DNA of 64,000 bases, taken from Collinsella sp. Lineage in GTDB: Bacteria > Actinomycetota > Coriobacteriia > Coriobacteriales > Coriobacteriaceae. Location: NCBI GenBank assembly GCA_018376905.1, contig JAHAAK010000007.1, positions 13,050 through 77,049 on the forward strand. The letters run 5' to 3'. Positions 37,803 through 48,010 of this stretch are shown here, piece after piece. The notes beneath the pieces are model-generated. The model saw only the letters and a list, made by a program, of their open reading frames with translations. It did not search any database and was not told the origin of the DNA. A program made the position numbers and the translations under genes. The stretch's first letter is position 1. Each line of letters starts with the position of its first letter.

Positions 37803-39230
37803 ATGGCCGAGGTTTGGCGCTTTTTTGCGCATGAGGACGATTTTGCCGATTTGGATGAGGCTGGCGCGTGCGAGCGCTTGGGCCGCGTGCTGTCGTTTCC
37901 GACCATCTCGAGCATGGATGCCGAGGCGGTGGACTGGCAGCCCTTCGACGACCTGCGCGCCTATATGCAGCAGGCCTGGCCGCGCGTGTTCGCGGCGGGC
38001 GAGGTCGAGCTTGTCGACCATTCGCTGTTGGTGACGCTTGACGGTTCCGACCCCGCCCTCAAACCCGTCATGCTCATGGGCCACATGGACGTGGTCCCCG
38101 TGGTGCCGGGCACCGAGGCCGACTGGACGCATGCTCCCTTTAGCGGGCACGTGGACGACGCCTATATTTGGGGTCGCGGCGCCATCGATATGAAAGACCA
38201 GGTTGCGGGCATCCTGGAGGCCGTTGAGTATGCGTTGACGCACGGCTGGGAGCACGAGCGAACCCTGCTGCTGGCTTTTGGCCAGGACGAGGAAACCACG
38301 CAGTACGGCGCGCGGGCGATCGGTCGCGTGCTCGAGGAGCGCGGTATTGAACTTGAATACCTGATCGACGAGGGTGACTACCGTATTGTTTCGGCTGCCG
38401 AGTACGGCGCGGGCGAGGGCTGGCTTATGCATGCCGACCTTGTCGAGAAGGGCTATGCCGATATCGTGCTCAAGACGAAGAGCGAAGGCGGGCATTCTTC
38501 CAACCCTTACGGTGGCACGTCGCTCGAAGTGCTCAGCCGCGCTATTGCCGCGATTTGCGATATCGAGTGGCCGACGCGTGTGACCGATCTGCTTGCCGCC
38601 CAGCTCGTCGAGCTGGGGCTTTATACCGCAGACGAGATTGCTGCCAGCAAGGATGCCATCGTGCGCGACTGCCTCGCCAGCAAAAAGCTGTACCCGCTTG
38701 TAACCACCACCTGCGCGCCCACGCAAATCGAAGGCGGCAGTACCGGTGCCAACGTAATGCCGCAGGATATGTGGGCCAATATCAACTTCCGCATGCTCGA
38801 GGGCACGGGCGTGGCCGATGTCACTACTCGCTGCCGCGAGGCCGTTGCCGCGGCGGGCCTTGCCGGGCGCGTGGAGGTCGAACTCGGCCCCGGCAGCTCC
38901 GAGCCCTCGCCGTCCCCGCGTGTCGGTGGACCGGGGCTCGAGGCCGTTCGCGCCATTGCCGCCTGCTACTTCCGCGACCCAAAGGGGGCGGAGGAAAACG
39001 GACCGAGTGCGACGGGCGGGGTTCCTGTCAGCATCGTCCCCTCAACCGTGATCGGTGCCACCGATGCTGCCAACTACCAGCGCATTTGCCCCGAGTGCAT
39101 TCGCTTCTCGGCCTTTGTGGTCGACGATGACGAGTGCGACCGCGGCGTCCATGGCACTAACGAGCGTATCACCCGCCGCGCCTACCTCCAGGGTGTTCGC
39201 TTCCTCATCGCCCTGCTCCACACGCTCTAG
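37803..39230 (+). CDS. M20-family metallopeptidase (ArgE/DapE/ACY1/CPG2 family)
   Basis: Metal-binding HMDVVP and the dimerisation domain. 475 aa. Confidence 0.75.
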   Translation: MAEVWRFFAHEDDFADLDEAGACERLGRVLSFPTISSMDAEAVDWQPFDDLRAYMQQAWPRVFAAGEVELVDHSLLVTLDGSDPALKPVMLMGHMDVVPVVPGTEADWTHAPFSGHVDDAYIWGRGAIDMKDQVAGILEAVEYALTHGWEHERTLLLAFGQDEETTQYGARAIGRVLEERGIELEYLIDEGDYRIVSAAEYGAGEGWLMHADLVEKGYADIVLKTKSEGGHSSNPYGGTSLEVLSRAIAAICDIEWPTRVTDLLAAQLVELGLYTADEIAASKDAIVRDCLASKKLYPLVTTTCAPTQIEGGSTGANVMPQDMWANINFRMLEGTGVADVTTRCREAVAAAGLAGRVEVELGPGSSEPSPSPRVGGPGLEAVRAIAACYFRDPKGAEENGPSATGGVPVSIVPSTVIGATDAANYQRICPECIRFSAFVVDDDECDRGVHGTNERITRRAYLQGVRFLIALLHTL

Positions 39231-39231
39231 A

Positions 39232-39246
39232 ATGTGACAAAGGGAC
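39232..39246. repeat. Family-A palindrome remnant ATGTGACAAAGGGAC (left arm plus centre only)
   Basis: Left arm ATGTGACAAAGG and centre GAC are intact; the right arm is missing (the sequence continues TGAGCCGATTT). Follows the M20 peptidase stop. Confidence 0.5.
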
Positions 39247-39526
39247 TGAGCCGATTTCATCGGTAATGAGACAAAAACTGTCATAGAAAAAGACTAAGAT
39301 ATCTTAAGAGACATATGCTGGGGTTGGTATTCCTTGAACGACTGCGGGCATGTGCCAGACTGCCTCGGCCCCCCGGGGAGTGCCCGGGCAGGTCGCCGTG
39401 TGACTGGGGAGGAAATTATGCAGGAGCTCAGAGAGATGACGTCTCGACTCGTGAATATTGCTACCGGGGGGGTGTCTAAGCAGGGAACTTCCTGGTAAAC
39501 ATCGGCCGCGCGAGCGGTGGTCCGTC

Positions 39527-42500
39527 ATGTCTTATGGCCGTCGCCGCGGGCTGTGCCCGGTCTCGCCATATGCGATTGTTCTGGTCCTCGCCGTCGCGCT
39601 GACGACGAGTTTCTTCCTGCCGGCCCGTGCGGAAGCGGCGATTGCGGACCACACGGTTCCGACGACCTCGCCCTCGGGGACGACGATCAACCTGTTTGAT
39701 TACTGGGTGAATTCGGAGGATCACCTGTCGGTCAGTGGATCCGACGGCATCAACAAGGATCACCGCTTCCAGTTCAAGGATCAGAGAGCCAGTGATGATC
39801 TCAATCGGTATACGGGCGGCTCCTCTCCTCGCTTCGGTATCGTGAACAACGTTCTTACCGGCGGTTACCCGAAACTCACCAACAGCTGGGATGGAGAATC
39901 CCTCGGCTACCTGTTTGATTCCTCCATCCAGACGGGCAAGATATCCCATATGGGTGTGACGGGTCTGTTGCAGGTCAAGGGCGGCTACTACGAGTATGAC
40001 AGCTCGCAGAACTACGCGGCGTACAACGCCAATAAGAATGCATTTGATGTATACGATGCCCCCGGCGTTAAGCAGGCGGGGGCTGAGCCTCATACAGTAG
40101 GCCAGTTCTTCCCCTTCGATGCGGCCAATGAGGTATTCAAGGAGGGGAGCAGCGGGCTCGTCCCGAACGGCATTACGTCGCAGAACGTCGGCGACTCGCA
40201 ATATAACGATGGCAATCCCCTCAACCATTATTTCGGCCTCTCAATGTCCACGCGATTCGTGCAGCCCAACGGCGGCCTGGCGAACGGTAAAGATGCCATG
40301 ACCTTTGAGTTCGCCGGCGATGATGACGTCTGGGTGTTCATCGACGATGTCCTCGTGGGCGACATTGGCGGCATCCACACCCGTGCTGAGCTGACCATTA
40401 ACTTCCAAACGGGCGAAATCACCGTTAACGGTTCCGCAAACGGCACGCTGCGGAGCAAGTTCCAGGCGGCAGGCAAGGGCGGCTCAGCCGAGAATTGGAA
40501 CAGCAATACCTTCGCCGACGGCACCAACCACACCCTCAAGTTCTTCTACCTGGAGCGCGGCGCCACCGACTCCAATATGAAGCTCAAGTTCAACCTCGTG
40601 ACGGTGCCCGAGTCCGACATCATCAAGTTCGACCAGGACGGCAAGTTCGTACAGGGTGCCGAGTTCAAGCTTTATAAGACCGACAAGGACTTCCAGACCG
40701 AGGGCAAGCTCCTCGGCTCCGGCACTACGGACGAGACCGGCCGCCTAACGCTCACGAACGACGATGACAACGGCGTCATCAACTTCGACGATCTCTACAA
40801 CAAGAATCACGGTAACAAGTACTACCTCCTGAAGGAGACGCGCGTGCCGGAGGGATACCGCTCGAGTCTCACGGCGACAGGTGGCAGCATGCAGCTCGAG
40901 TACGTGCCCGCGAGCGCTGAGAACGGCGCGGGCGGCGTCATCATCAACCGCGGCGGTATGGATGCGGACAGCGTCGTGTGGAAGACTGGTGCGTTTGCCG
41001 GCGCGAAGGAGACCATCACCGCACCGGTGAACGTGTACAAGGCGAATGATGACCTGATGAAGTCCGACGAGACCGTCAACCTGAAGTCTGGCATACTGTT
41101 CGCTGTGGTGCTCAAGCGCGATAAAAGCGCAAACGCAGATATCAAAAATCAGAACAATTGGTACGCCGTGTCGGGCGACCCATCGACGGGAATGGGGTAC
41201 ACCCTCGCCGAGAAGCCGAGCAAGGCCGGCGCTATCGAGGCGGCGAAGAAGGACCTGCACGCCTTCACGCTCAACACGAGCGGCCAGTACCAGGTAGAGA
41301 TTCAAAATCTGCCCGGTGACATCTCCAAGTACTACTACCTGCTGAGCGGTGATGCCCACAAGGATGCCGAGTACACGGTGGCCATCTACCACACAACGGA
41401 GAGCTCCATCGCCAACGCGAAGCCCGAGAACACCGTCCACGTGTACAGCGACGGCATCGCAGACGGCACGAACTTCAAGCGGCAGTTCGCCACGCGCCTG
41501 CTCGTCACGAACATCCAGAACCGCCTGTTCGTGCAGAAGACCGATACCGAGGGTAAGCCCGTTGACGGGGCGAAGTTCGGCCTGTACAAGGCCGATCAGG
41601 TGAAAATGGACGCGAACGGCAAGGTCATGCTCAATGGCGAGCAGACCCCCTTTGACACCCTGACGACGGGGTCGGTCGGCAACCCGGTTCCGCTCGAAGG
41701 TGCGGGCATATTCCCGAATACGAGCGACGGTAACAGGCCGCTCGTGAAGGGGACCTACTTCCTAAAGGAGGTCTCGGCGCCCAAGGGCTTCCTGCTTAAC
41801 GACACGCTCACCAAGGTGATTGTGGACGATTACGGCGTCCATGCCGATGCTGGTACGGCCGATGACGGCGTTTCGACGTTCGTGGGCCCGGGCGCGCTCA
41901 TGAAGAGCCTGGGCCAGTTTGGCGCAGAGGGCGACATCGACAACACGCTCACGTGGATCAAGGGTATGCGGCAGACGTCCGACGGGACGCTCGACGGCAA
42001 CGACAACCTTTCCTGGAACAATGACGCCAAGGGCGGCGAGGATGAGGTGCACCTCAAGTACGGCGCCAACGGACGTGTCTACCAGTATGGGCCCACCGAG
42101 GAAGGCAAACCTTATCGCTTGGAGACCGAGACGGGCTGGATACGTATGGGCATCACGCAGGACGTGCCTGGTGACACTAATGCGAAGGGCGCCCGTGCCA
42201 ATCTGGACGACATGAATTTGAACGCCCTGTTCACAGGTGCCACCTGCGTGCGCGTGGCGAACGAACGCGAGGCGAGCCTCGAGGTGACGAAGAAGGTTGC
42301 CCTGCCCGATGGCCTGACGGGCAATAAGGACGCGGAGTTCACCTTCAAGTTCACCGTGCCCGAGGGGAAGACCTACAAGGCTGCAGTGTTCAAGAACGCT
42401 GGGGCCGGAAAGCAAGCCGGCGACGTGTTCGATTTGAAGAACGGCGACACCCATGCTATCAAGGCCGACGAGACGATTCGCGTGTACGGTCTTGGCGAGG

Positions 42501-44650
42501 GCGACGAGTACGCGGTGCAGGAGCTGACCGGCGCAGACAAGATGCCCGCGGGCTATAAGCTGACCGGCCGCAAGCAGGGTACCACGAATCTGACCGGCGC
42601 AGGCGATAGTATCACCGGTGAGATCGAGAAGCAAAAACCCGACGGCACGTTGGCCGAAGCCAACAAGCTGGTGTTCACAAACACCTACAAGGCGGAAGCT
42701 AGCGACGAACTGACCCCGCAGGTAACGAAGAAGGTCTCCGGTGTTGAGAGCACGGAGAAGGCGTTCTCGTTCACGCTGACCGCCACGGAAGAGACGCAGA
42801 AGCAGATCGATGATGATGACCTCAAAGTCTCGGATGCTCTGGCGGGCAATGAGCATGCCGAGTCCAAGGCCACGAGTGGCAAGATCATCAAGGACAAGGG
42901 CCAGACGGTCGACTTCTCCGGCATGAAGTTCAACAAGGCCGGTACGTACACGTTCACGCTCACCGAGGCGCACGACGCCGACGACGACGCGGCGGTGGAC
43001 GGCGTGCAGAACTCCGGCTGGACGATGGACGCCTCGACCTATACCGTCACGGTGAGGGTCGAGGATAAGAACGCCAAGCTGACTGTCACAGGCGTGACGG
43101 TGGAGAAGAGCGGCGATGACAAGCGCGAGACGCTTGAGGTCAAGAACGGCAAGGTGAACCTCGCCACCTTCAACAACAGCTATGCTGCGAAGGGTTCCGT
43201 GACCCTGGCGGCGAAGAAGCAATTTACGGGCGGCACCCTTGAGAACCAGCAGTTCTCATTCCAGGTGAAGGAGGGCGATAAGGTTGTCGCCGAAGAAAAG
43301 AACGATGCCAATGGCGACATCACCTTCCCGGCCATTGATTACACCGAGGCTGGTGAGCACGACTACGCCATCAAGGAGGTCGAAGGCACCGACCCGACTA
43401 TCGTTTACGACGGCAAGACGGTGAAAGTGCGCGTTAGCGTCACCGATAACAAGAACGGCACGCTGAGCGCGACCGCCACCTACGACGGCAAGGCCGACGC
43501 TCCGACCTTCACCAACTCGAAGCCGACGGCCGACGCCACTATCGAGGCGACGAAGACCCTCAAGGGCAAGGACCTGACGGCTGGTGCGTTCACTTTCGGC
43601 CTATATCAAGGCGACACGACTACGGTTGATCCCATCCAGACTGTCCAGAACGACAAGGACGGCAAGATTAAGCTCATCCTCACCGGTCTGACCATAGGCG
43701 AGTACGACTACACGCTCAAGGAGGTCGCTGGCGGCGATTCGACCATCACCTACGATTCCGCGGCGGTGAAGGTCCACGTCTCGGTGAAGGCGGACGGTGA
43801 CAAGGCAAAGGCGACTGTCACCTATGACGACAAGAATGCCGCCCCGACCTTCACCAACAAGTACCAGCCTGCCGAGACCTCGGCTACACTCACGGCGAAG
43901 AAATCGTACGTGAAGTCCGACAACACGCCGATCGTACTCAAGGGCGGCGAGTTCACCTTCGATGTGTACGAGGGCAACCTGACGGCTGAGCAGCTGAAGG
44001 GCAAGCAGCCCATCCGGGCCGCTGAGAACGGCGAGGGCGGCACCGTCACCTTCCGGGTCATCAACTACACCAAGGCCGGCGAGTACAAATACACTATCGC
44101 GGAGCAGAAGGGCGACCTGTCCCACGTGACCTACGACGATACGGTGCACCACGCTGTGGTGAAGGTCGTGGACAACGCCGGGCAGCTGGAAGCGAGCGTC
44201 ACCTACGACGACGGCAAGACGGATGCCCCCACCTTCAAGAACACCTATACCGCAAAGGGATCCGCGGAGCTGACGGCGACCAAGGTCGTCGCGGTCGCGC
44301 CGGGCTTCACGCACGACACCACGCTGAGGGGCGGCGAGTACACGTTCGAGCTGAAGGACGCCGACGGCAAAGCGCTCGATACCATGAAGAACAAGGCCGA
44401 TGGCACGGTGAAGTTCACGCGCGACTTCAAGCTCTCCGACCTGGGCGGCGCCGCGAGCAAGGACTTCACCTACACCATCGTGGAGCAGCGGGGCGCGGAG
44501 CCGGGCATGGTCTACGACACCCATGCGCTCATCTACAAGGTGACGGTCGCGGACGATGGCGCCGGCGCGCTGACGGCCACACCGCAGGTCTCGAGTGGAG
44601 ACAACTCGCAGACCTTCACAACACGTACCACCCGAAGGAGACCTCGGTAA
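39527..44650 (+). CDS. Giant cell-wall-anchored adhesin, N-terminal reading frame: signal peptide, fibro-slime/PA14-like head domain, then tandem CnaB / isopeptide-type Ig-like domains
   Basis: Signal peptide MSYGRRRGLCPVSPYAIVLVLAVALTTSFFLPARAEA. Head motif FEFAGDDDVWVFIDDVLVGDIGGIH (fibro-slime/PA14-like). Repeated modules with TFTN.YxP linkers and EYDYTLKEV...TYD motifs. Frame ends at a 1-nt deletion near 44620. Confidence 0.8.
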   Translation: MSYGRRRGLCPVSPYAIVLVLAVALTTSFFLPARAEAAIADHTVPTTSPSGTTINLFDYWVNSEDHLSVSGSDGINKDHRFQFKDQRASDDLNRYTGGSSPRFGIVNNVLTGGYPKLTNSWDGESLGYLFDSSIQTGKISHMGVTGLLQVKGGYYEYDSSQNYAAYNANKNAFDVYDAPGVKQAGAEPHTVGQFFPFDAANEVFKEGSSGLVPNGITSQNVGDSQYNDGNPLNHYFGLSMSTRFVQPNGGLANGKDAMTFEFAGDDDVWVFIDDVLVGDIGGIHTRAELTINFQTGEITVNGSANGTLRSKFQAAGKGGSAENWNSNTFADGTNHTLKFFYLERGATDSNMKLKFNLVTVPESDIIKFDQDGKFVQGAEFKLYKTDKDFQTEGKLLGSGTTDETGRLTLTNDDDNGVINFDDLYNKNHGNKYYLLKETRVPEGYRSSLTATGGSMQLEYVPASAENGAGGVIINRGGMDADSVVWKTGAFAGAKETITAPVNVYKANDDLMKSDETVNLKSGILFAVVLKRDKSANADIKNQNNWYAVSGDPSTGMGYTLAEKPSKAGAIEAAKKDLHAFTLNTSGQYQVEIQNLPGDISKYYYLLSGDAHKDAEYTVAIYHTTESSIANAKPENTVHVYSDGIADGTNFKRQFATRLLVTNIQNRLFVQKTDTEGKPVDGAKFGLYKADQVKMDANGKVMLNGEQTPFDTLTTGSVGNPVPLEGAGIFPNTSDGNRPLVKGTYFLKEVSAPKGFLLNDTLTKVIVDDYGVHADAGTADDGVSTFVGPGALMKSLGQFGAEGDIDNTLTWIKGMRQTSDGTLDGNDNLSWNNDAKGGEDEVHLKYGANGRVYQYGPTEEGKPYRLETETGWIRMGITQDVPGDTNAKGARANLDDMNLNALFTGATCVRVANEREASLEVTKKVALPDGLTGNKDAEFTFKFTVPEGKTYKAAVFKNAGAGKQAGDVFDLKNGDTHAIKADETIRVYGLGEGDEYAVQELTGADKMPAGYKLTGRKQGTTNLTGAGDSITGEIEKQKPDGTLAEANKLVFTNTYKAEASDELTPQVTKKVSGVESTEKAFSFTLTATEETQKQIDDDDLKVSDALAGNEHAESKATSGKIIKDKGQTVDFSGMKFNKAGTYTFTLTEAHDADDDAAVDGVQNSGWTMDASTYTVTVRVEDKNAKLTVTGVTVEKSGDDKRETLEVKNGKVNLATFNNSYAAKGSVTLAAKKQFTGGTLENQQFSFQVKEGDKVVAEEKNDANGDITFPAIDYTEAGEHDYAIKEVEGTDPTIVYDGKTVKVRVSVTDNKNGTLSATATYDGKADAPTFTNSKPTADATIEATKTLKGKDLTAGAFTFGLYQGDTTTVDPIQTVQNDKDGKIKLILTGLTIGEYDYTLKEVAGGDSTITYDSAAVKVHVSVKADGDKAKATVTYDDKNAAPTFTNKYQPAETSATLTAKKSYVKSDNTPIVLKGGEFTFDVYEGNLTAEQLKGKQPIRAAENGEGGTVTFRVINYTKAGEYKYTIAEQKGDLSHVTYDDTVHHAVVKVVDNAGQLEASVTYDDGKTDAPTFKNTYTAKGSAELTATKVVAVAPGFTHDTTLRGGEYTFELKDADGKALDTMKNKADGTVKFTRDFKLSDLGGAASKDFTYTIVEQRGAEPGMVYDTHALIYKVTVADDGAGALTATPQVSSGDNSQTFTTRTTRRRPR

Positions 44651-44712
44651 CGCTCAAGGCGACGAAGCGCTTCACAGGTGGTGAGCTCGCAGGGAGCGAC
44701 TTCACGTTCCAG

Positions 44713-47700
44713 TTGCTCGACAAGGATGGCAACGTGATCCAGACCGTCCAGAATGACAAGGACGGCAAGGTCGCCTTCCAGGCAATCAGCTACGACACGC
44801 CGGGCGATCACGACTACACCATCAAGGAGGTTGCCGGCAACGACCCGACCGTCGTGTACGACACGAAGGACGTGAAGGTCCACATCAAGGTCTCCGATGA
44901 GAAGGGCGAGCTAAAGGCGACCGCCACCTACGACGGCGAGGTCGACGTTCCGACCTTCACCAACTCGAAGCCGACGACGGACGTTACCGTCGAGGCGACG
45001 AAGATCCTCACGGGCAAGGACCTGACGGCCGACGCGTTCACCTTCGGCCTGTACGACCAGGCCGGCAACGAGGTCGCCAAGGGCACCAACGACCGGGGCG
45101 GCAAGGTCGAGCTGGCCGTCAAGAACCTGAACCTGGGCGAGTACGACTACACGCTCAAGGAGGAGAAAGCCGGCCAGACCGTCGACGGCGTGGCCTACGA
45201 CGCCAAGGAAGTCAAGGTCCACGTCAAGGTAGAGCAGAACCAGGGCGACAACAACAAGACGAAGGTGACCGTCACCTATGACGGTGCCGCTACGGCTCCC
45301 ACCTTCAACAACACCTACGACGCAAAGGGTTCCGTAATCCTGACGGCGACCAAGACCATCAAGGTTGCGGACGGCTTCGACCACACGACGAAGCCCGCGG
45401 ACGGCGAGTTCACCTTCGACCTGAAGGACGCTGCCGGCAACGTGCTCGACACCGCGAAGAACGATGCAAACGGCAAGGTCAGCTTCACGCGCGAGTTCCA
45501 GCTCTCCGACTTGGACGGCGCCGCGAGCAAGGACTTCACCTACACCATCGTGGAACAGTCGGGCACGGAGCCGGGCATGGTCTACGATACCCATGCGCTC
45601 ACCTACAAAGTAACGGTTAAGGACGACGGGACGGGCACGCTGAACGCGAAGGCGATCGTTACGAGCACATCAGGCCCGGAGACCTTCACCAACAACTACC
45701 AGCCGGCCGCGACCGGTCTGGCTCTCGGTGCGCAGAAGAGGTACGTGAAGAAGGACGACAACACGCCGATCGTACTCAAGGGCGGCGAGTTCACCTTCGA
45801 TGTGTACGAGGGCAACCTGACGGCTGAGCAGCTTGCCGGGGCCAAGCCCGTCCGGACCGCGACCAACGGCGCGGACGGAAGTGTTAACTTCGACGCCTTC
45901 TCCTACGCGAAGCCGGGCACGCACGAGTACACCATCGTGGAGCGGAAGGGTGATCTGGCCTACGTGACCTACGACGCCGCGGTGCACCATGCCGTGGTGA
46001 CGGTTGCGGACAATGCCGGCACGCTGCAGGCGAGCGTCGCCTACGACGGCACGAATGTCACGAAGCCCAGCTTCACCAACACCTATGAGGCACAGGCGAC
46101 GGACTCCGGCGCGATCGCCCTCACCAAGAGCGTTGACGTGCACGACGGCAGCTATCAGCTAAAGGCGGGAGACTTCGCCTTCGAGCTGGTGGGGTCTGAC
46201 GGCTCGGTGATCCAGACCCAGAAGAACGATGCGCACGGCAAGGTTGCCTTCGACAAGCTGACCTTCGACCATGCGGGCACCTTTACCTACACGGTCCGCG
46301 AGGTGCAGCCGACGGGGGACGCGCCGGGCGTACCGGGCGTGACCTACACCGGCAAGACGTACACCCTGACCTACGTGGTGAAGGACAACAACGACGGCAA
46401 GCTGGTGGTAGAGAACTCCACGGTGAAGCCGAGCGAGGGCACCGAGAACGGCGTCACCCCCAACACCATGACGTTTGCGAACAGCTACCAGCCGGGCGCG
46501 ACCTCCTACCAGATCTCCGGCACCAAGGTGCTTGAGAATACCGATTCGGCCACCATGCGGACGCCCGCCGATGGCGAGTTCACGTTCGCGCTGATTGACG
46601 TGGCCACCGGGCAGGAGATCGACCGGACCACGAACGTGGGTAACGCGTTTACCTTCAAGGCCATCTCGTACACCGCGACTGGTTCGCATGCGTACCAGGT
46701 GAAGGAGGTTGCGGGCCAAGATGGCACCATCACTTACAGCGATGCGGTGTTGGATGTGACGGTGAGTGCGACCGACGACGGCAGCGGCCAGCTGACCGCG
46801 ACGGCGAACAAGACGGCCGCGGATCTGACCTTCACCAACACCTACACGCCGACGGCAACGACGGCGACGATTACCGGAACGAAGGCCCTGACCGGCCGCG
46901 ACCTGGCCGAGGGTGAGTTCTCCTTCGACCTGAAGGACGCCGACGGTAACGTGGTGCAGACGGTGCAGAACGGCGCCGACGGCACGTTCGGCTTCGCGCC
47001 GCTGCAGCTGGACAAGGTGGGGACGTACGTCTACACCGTGTCCGAGCAGGCAGGGGCGACGGCGAACGGCGTCACCTACGACACGACGGTCTTTACCGCG
47101 ATGGTGACGGTGACGGAGAATGCGGAGACGCACGCGCTGGAGGCGCAGGTTGCCTACAGCACGGGCGGCAAGGCTGCGGATGCGGTGACGTTCAGCAACA
47201 GCTACGCGCCGGCCGCGACTGAGGTGAAGCTGGGGGCTTCCAAGGTGCTGAGCGGTGAGGACCTGAAGGAAGGGCAGTTCTCCTTCCAGCTGAAGGATGC
47301 CGACGGCAAGGTGCTGCAGACCGCCAAGAATGCGGCGGACGGCACGGTGGGCTTCAAGGCGATCTCGTACGACAAGCCCGGGGCGTATCGCTACAGCATC
47401 TCCGAGGTGAACGACGCTCAGAAGAACGTGACGTACGACGCAGCCGAGCACCAGGTAACGGTGATGGTGACGGACGACGGCGCGGGCCATCTGGTGGCGA
47501 CGGTAACCTATGACGGTGACGTGGCGCCGGTGTTCAAGAACACGTACACGCCGCCGACCACCCCGCCGGTCAACCCGCCGACGGAGCCGCCCACCAACCC
47601 ACCGGTGTCGAAGGAGGAGAAGCCGGGTCTGCCGAACATGGGCGATACCAGCTTGTCGCCGATGGCCCTGGGTGGCATCGCGGGCGGCGCAGTGGTGCTG

Positions 47701-47739
47701 ATCGCCACAGGTGTGATCCTGCGGCGCCGGAACCGGTAG
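44713..47739 (+). CDS. Giant adhesin, C-terminal reading frame continuing the same domain array, with a cell-wall sorting signal
   Basis: Continues the tandem modules. C-terminus LPNMGDTS, then a hydrophobic helix, then RRRNR (LPXTG-like sorting signal). The frame is contiguous with the upstream fragment once one A is restored in ACAAAC near 44620. Confidence 0.8.
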   Translation: MLDKDGNVIQTVQNDKDGKVAFQAISYDTPGDHDYTIKEVAGNDPTVVYDTKDVKVHIKVSDEKGELKATATYDGEVDVPTFTNSKPTTDVTVEATKILTGKDLTADAFTFGLYDQAGNEVAKGTNDRGGKVELAVKNLNLGEYDYTLKEEKAGQTVDGVAYDAKEVKVHVKVEQNQGDNNKTKVTVTYDGAATAPTFNNTYDAKGSVILTATKTIKVADGFDHTTKPADGEFTFDLKDAAGNVLDTAKNDANGKVSFTREFQLSDLDGAASKDFTYTIVEQSGTEPGMVYDTHALTYKVTVKDDGTGTLNAKAIVTSTSGPETFTNNYQPAATGLALGAQKRYVKKDDNTPIVLKGGEFTFDVYEGNLTAEQLAGAKPVRTATNGADGSVNFDAFSYAKPGTHEYTIVERKGDLAYVTYDAAVHHAVVTVADNAGTLQASVAYDGTNVTKPSFTNTYEAQATDSGAIALTKSVDVHDGSYQLKAGDFAFELVGSDGSVIQTQKNDAHGKVAFDKLTFDHAGTFTYTVREVQPTGDAPGVPGVTYTGKTYTLTYVVKDNNDGKLVVENSTVKPSEGTENGVTPNTMTFANSYQPGATSYQISGTKVLENTDSATMRTPADGEFTFALIDVATGQEIDRTTNVGNAFTFKAISYTATGSHAYQVKEVAGQDGTITYSDAVLDVTVSATDDGSGQLTATANKTAADLTFTNTYTPTATTATITGTKALTGRDLAEGEFSFDLKDADGNVVQTVQNGADGTFGFAPLQLDKVGTYVYTVSEQAGATANGVTYDTTVFTAMVTVTENAETHALEAQVAYSTGGKAADAVTFSNSYAPAATEVKLGASKVLSGEDLKEGQFSFQLKDADGKVLQTAKNAADGTVGFKAISYDKPGAYRYSISEVNDAQKNVTYDAAEHQVTVMVTDDGAGHLVATVTYDGDVAPVFKNTYTPPTTPPVNPPTEPPTNPPVSKEEKPGLPNMGDTSLSPMALGGIAGGAVVLIATGVILRRRNR

Positions 47740-47885
47740 CTGCGGCGGCCGAGAAGGGCTTTGATTGAGGGCGGGTGGTCGCAGGGCGCGGCCGCCCGTC
47801 CTTTTCGGTGAAAGGCTATGTTAGCCCGCCGTTTGCACGCGATTATGATTCTGCAGCTCCTAAGCGCGCCGCGCCCTCTAGAAGT

Positions 47886-47995
47886 CCGGAAAAGCTGCAC
47901 GAAGCGGCTATCTTGACCCGGAAAAGCTGCAAATCTAGGCCAAATACACCCGGAAAAGCTGCAAAAGTTGGTAAAATCCATCCTGAAAAGCTGCA
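47886..47995 (+). promoter_or_regulatory. Four direct repeats CC(G/T)GAAAAGCTGCA at exact 32-bp period immediately upstream of ATPase paralog 3
   Basis: Copies at 47886, 47918, 47950 and 47982. Confidence 0.65.
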
Positions 47996-48010
47996 AACAG
48001 CAGGTGAAGG

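Noticed and set aside
39458-39526. ORF-track upstream extension of the adhesin (MLPGGCLSRELPGKHRPRERWSV...)
   Set aside because: The extension precedes a canonical signal peptide that begins at the ATG at 39527. The upstream residues are non-signal-like and overlap the uORF region.
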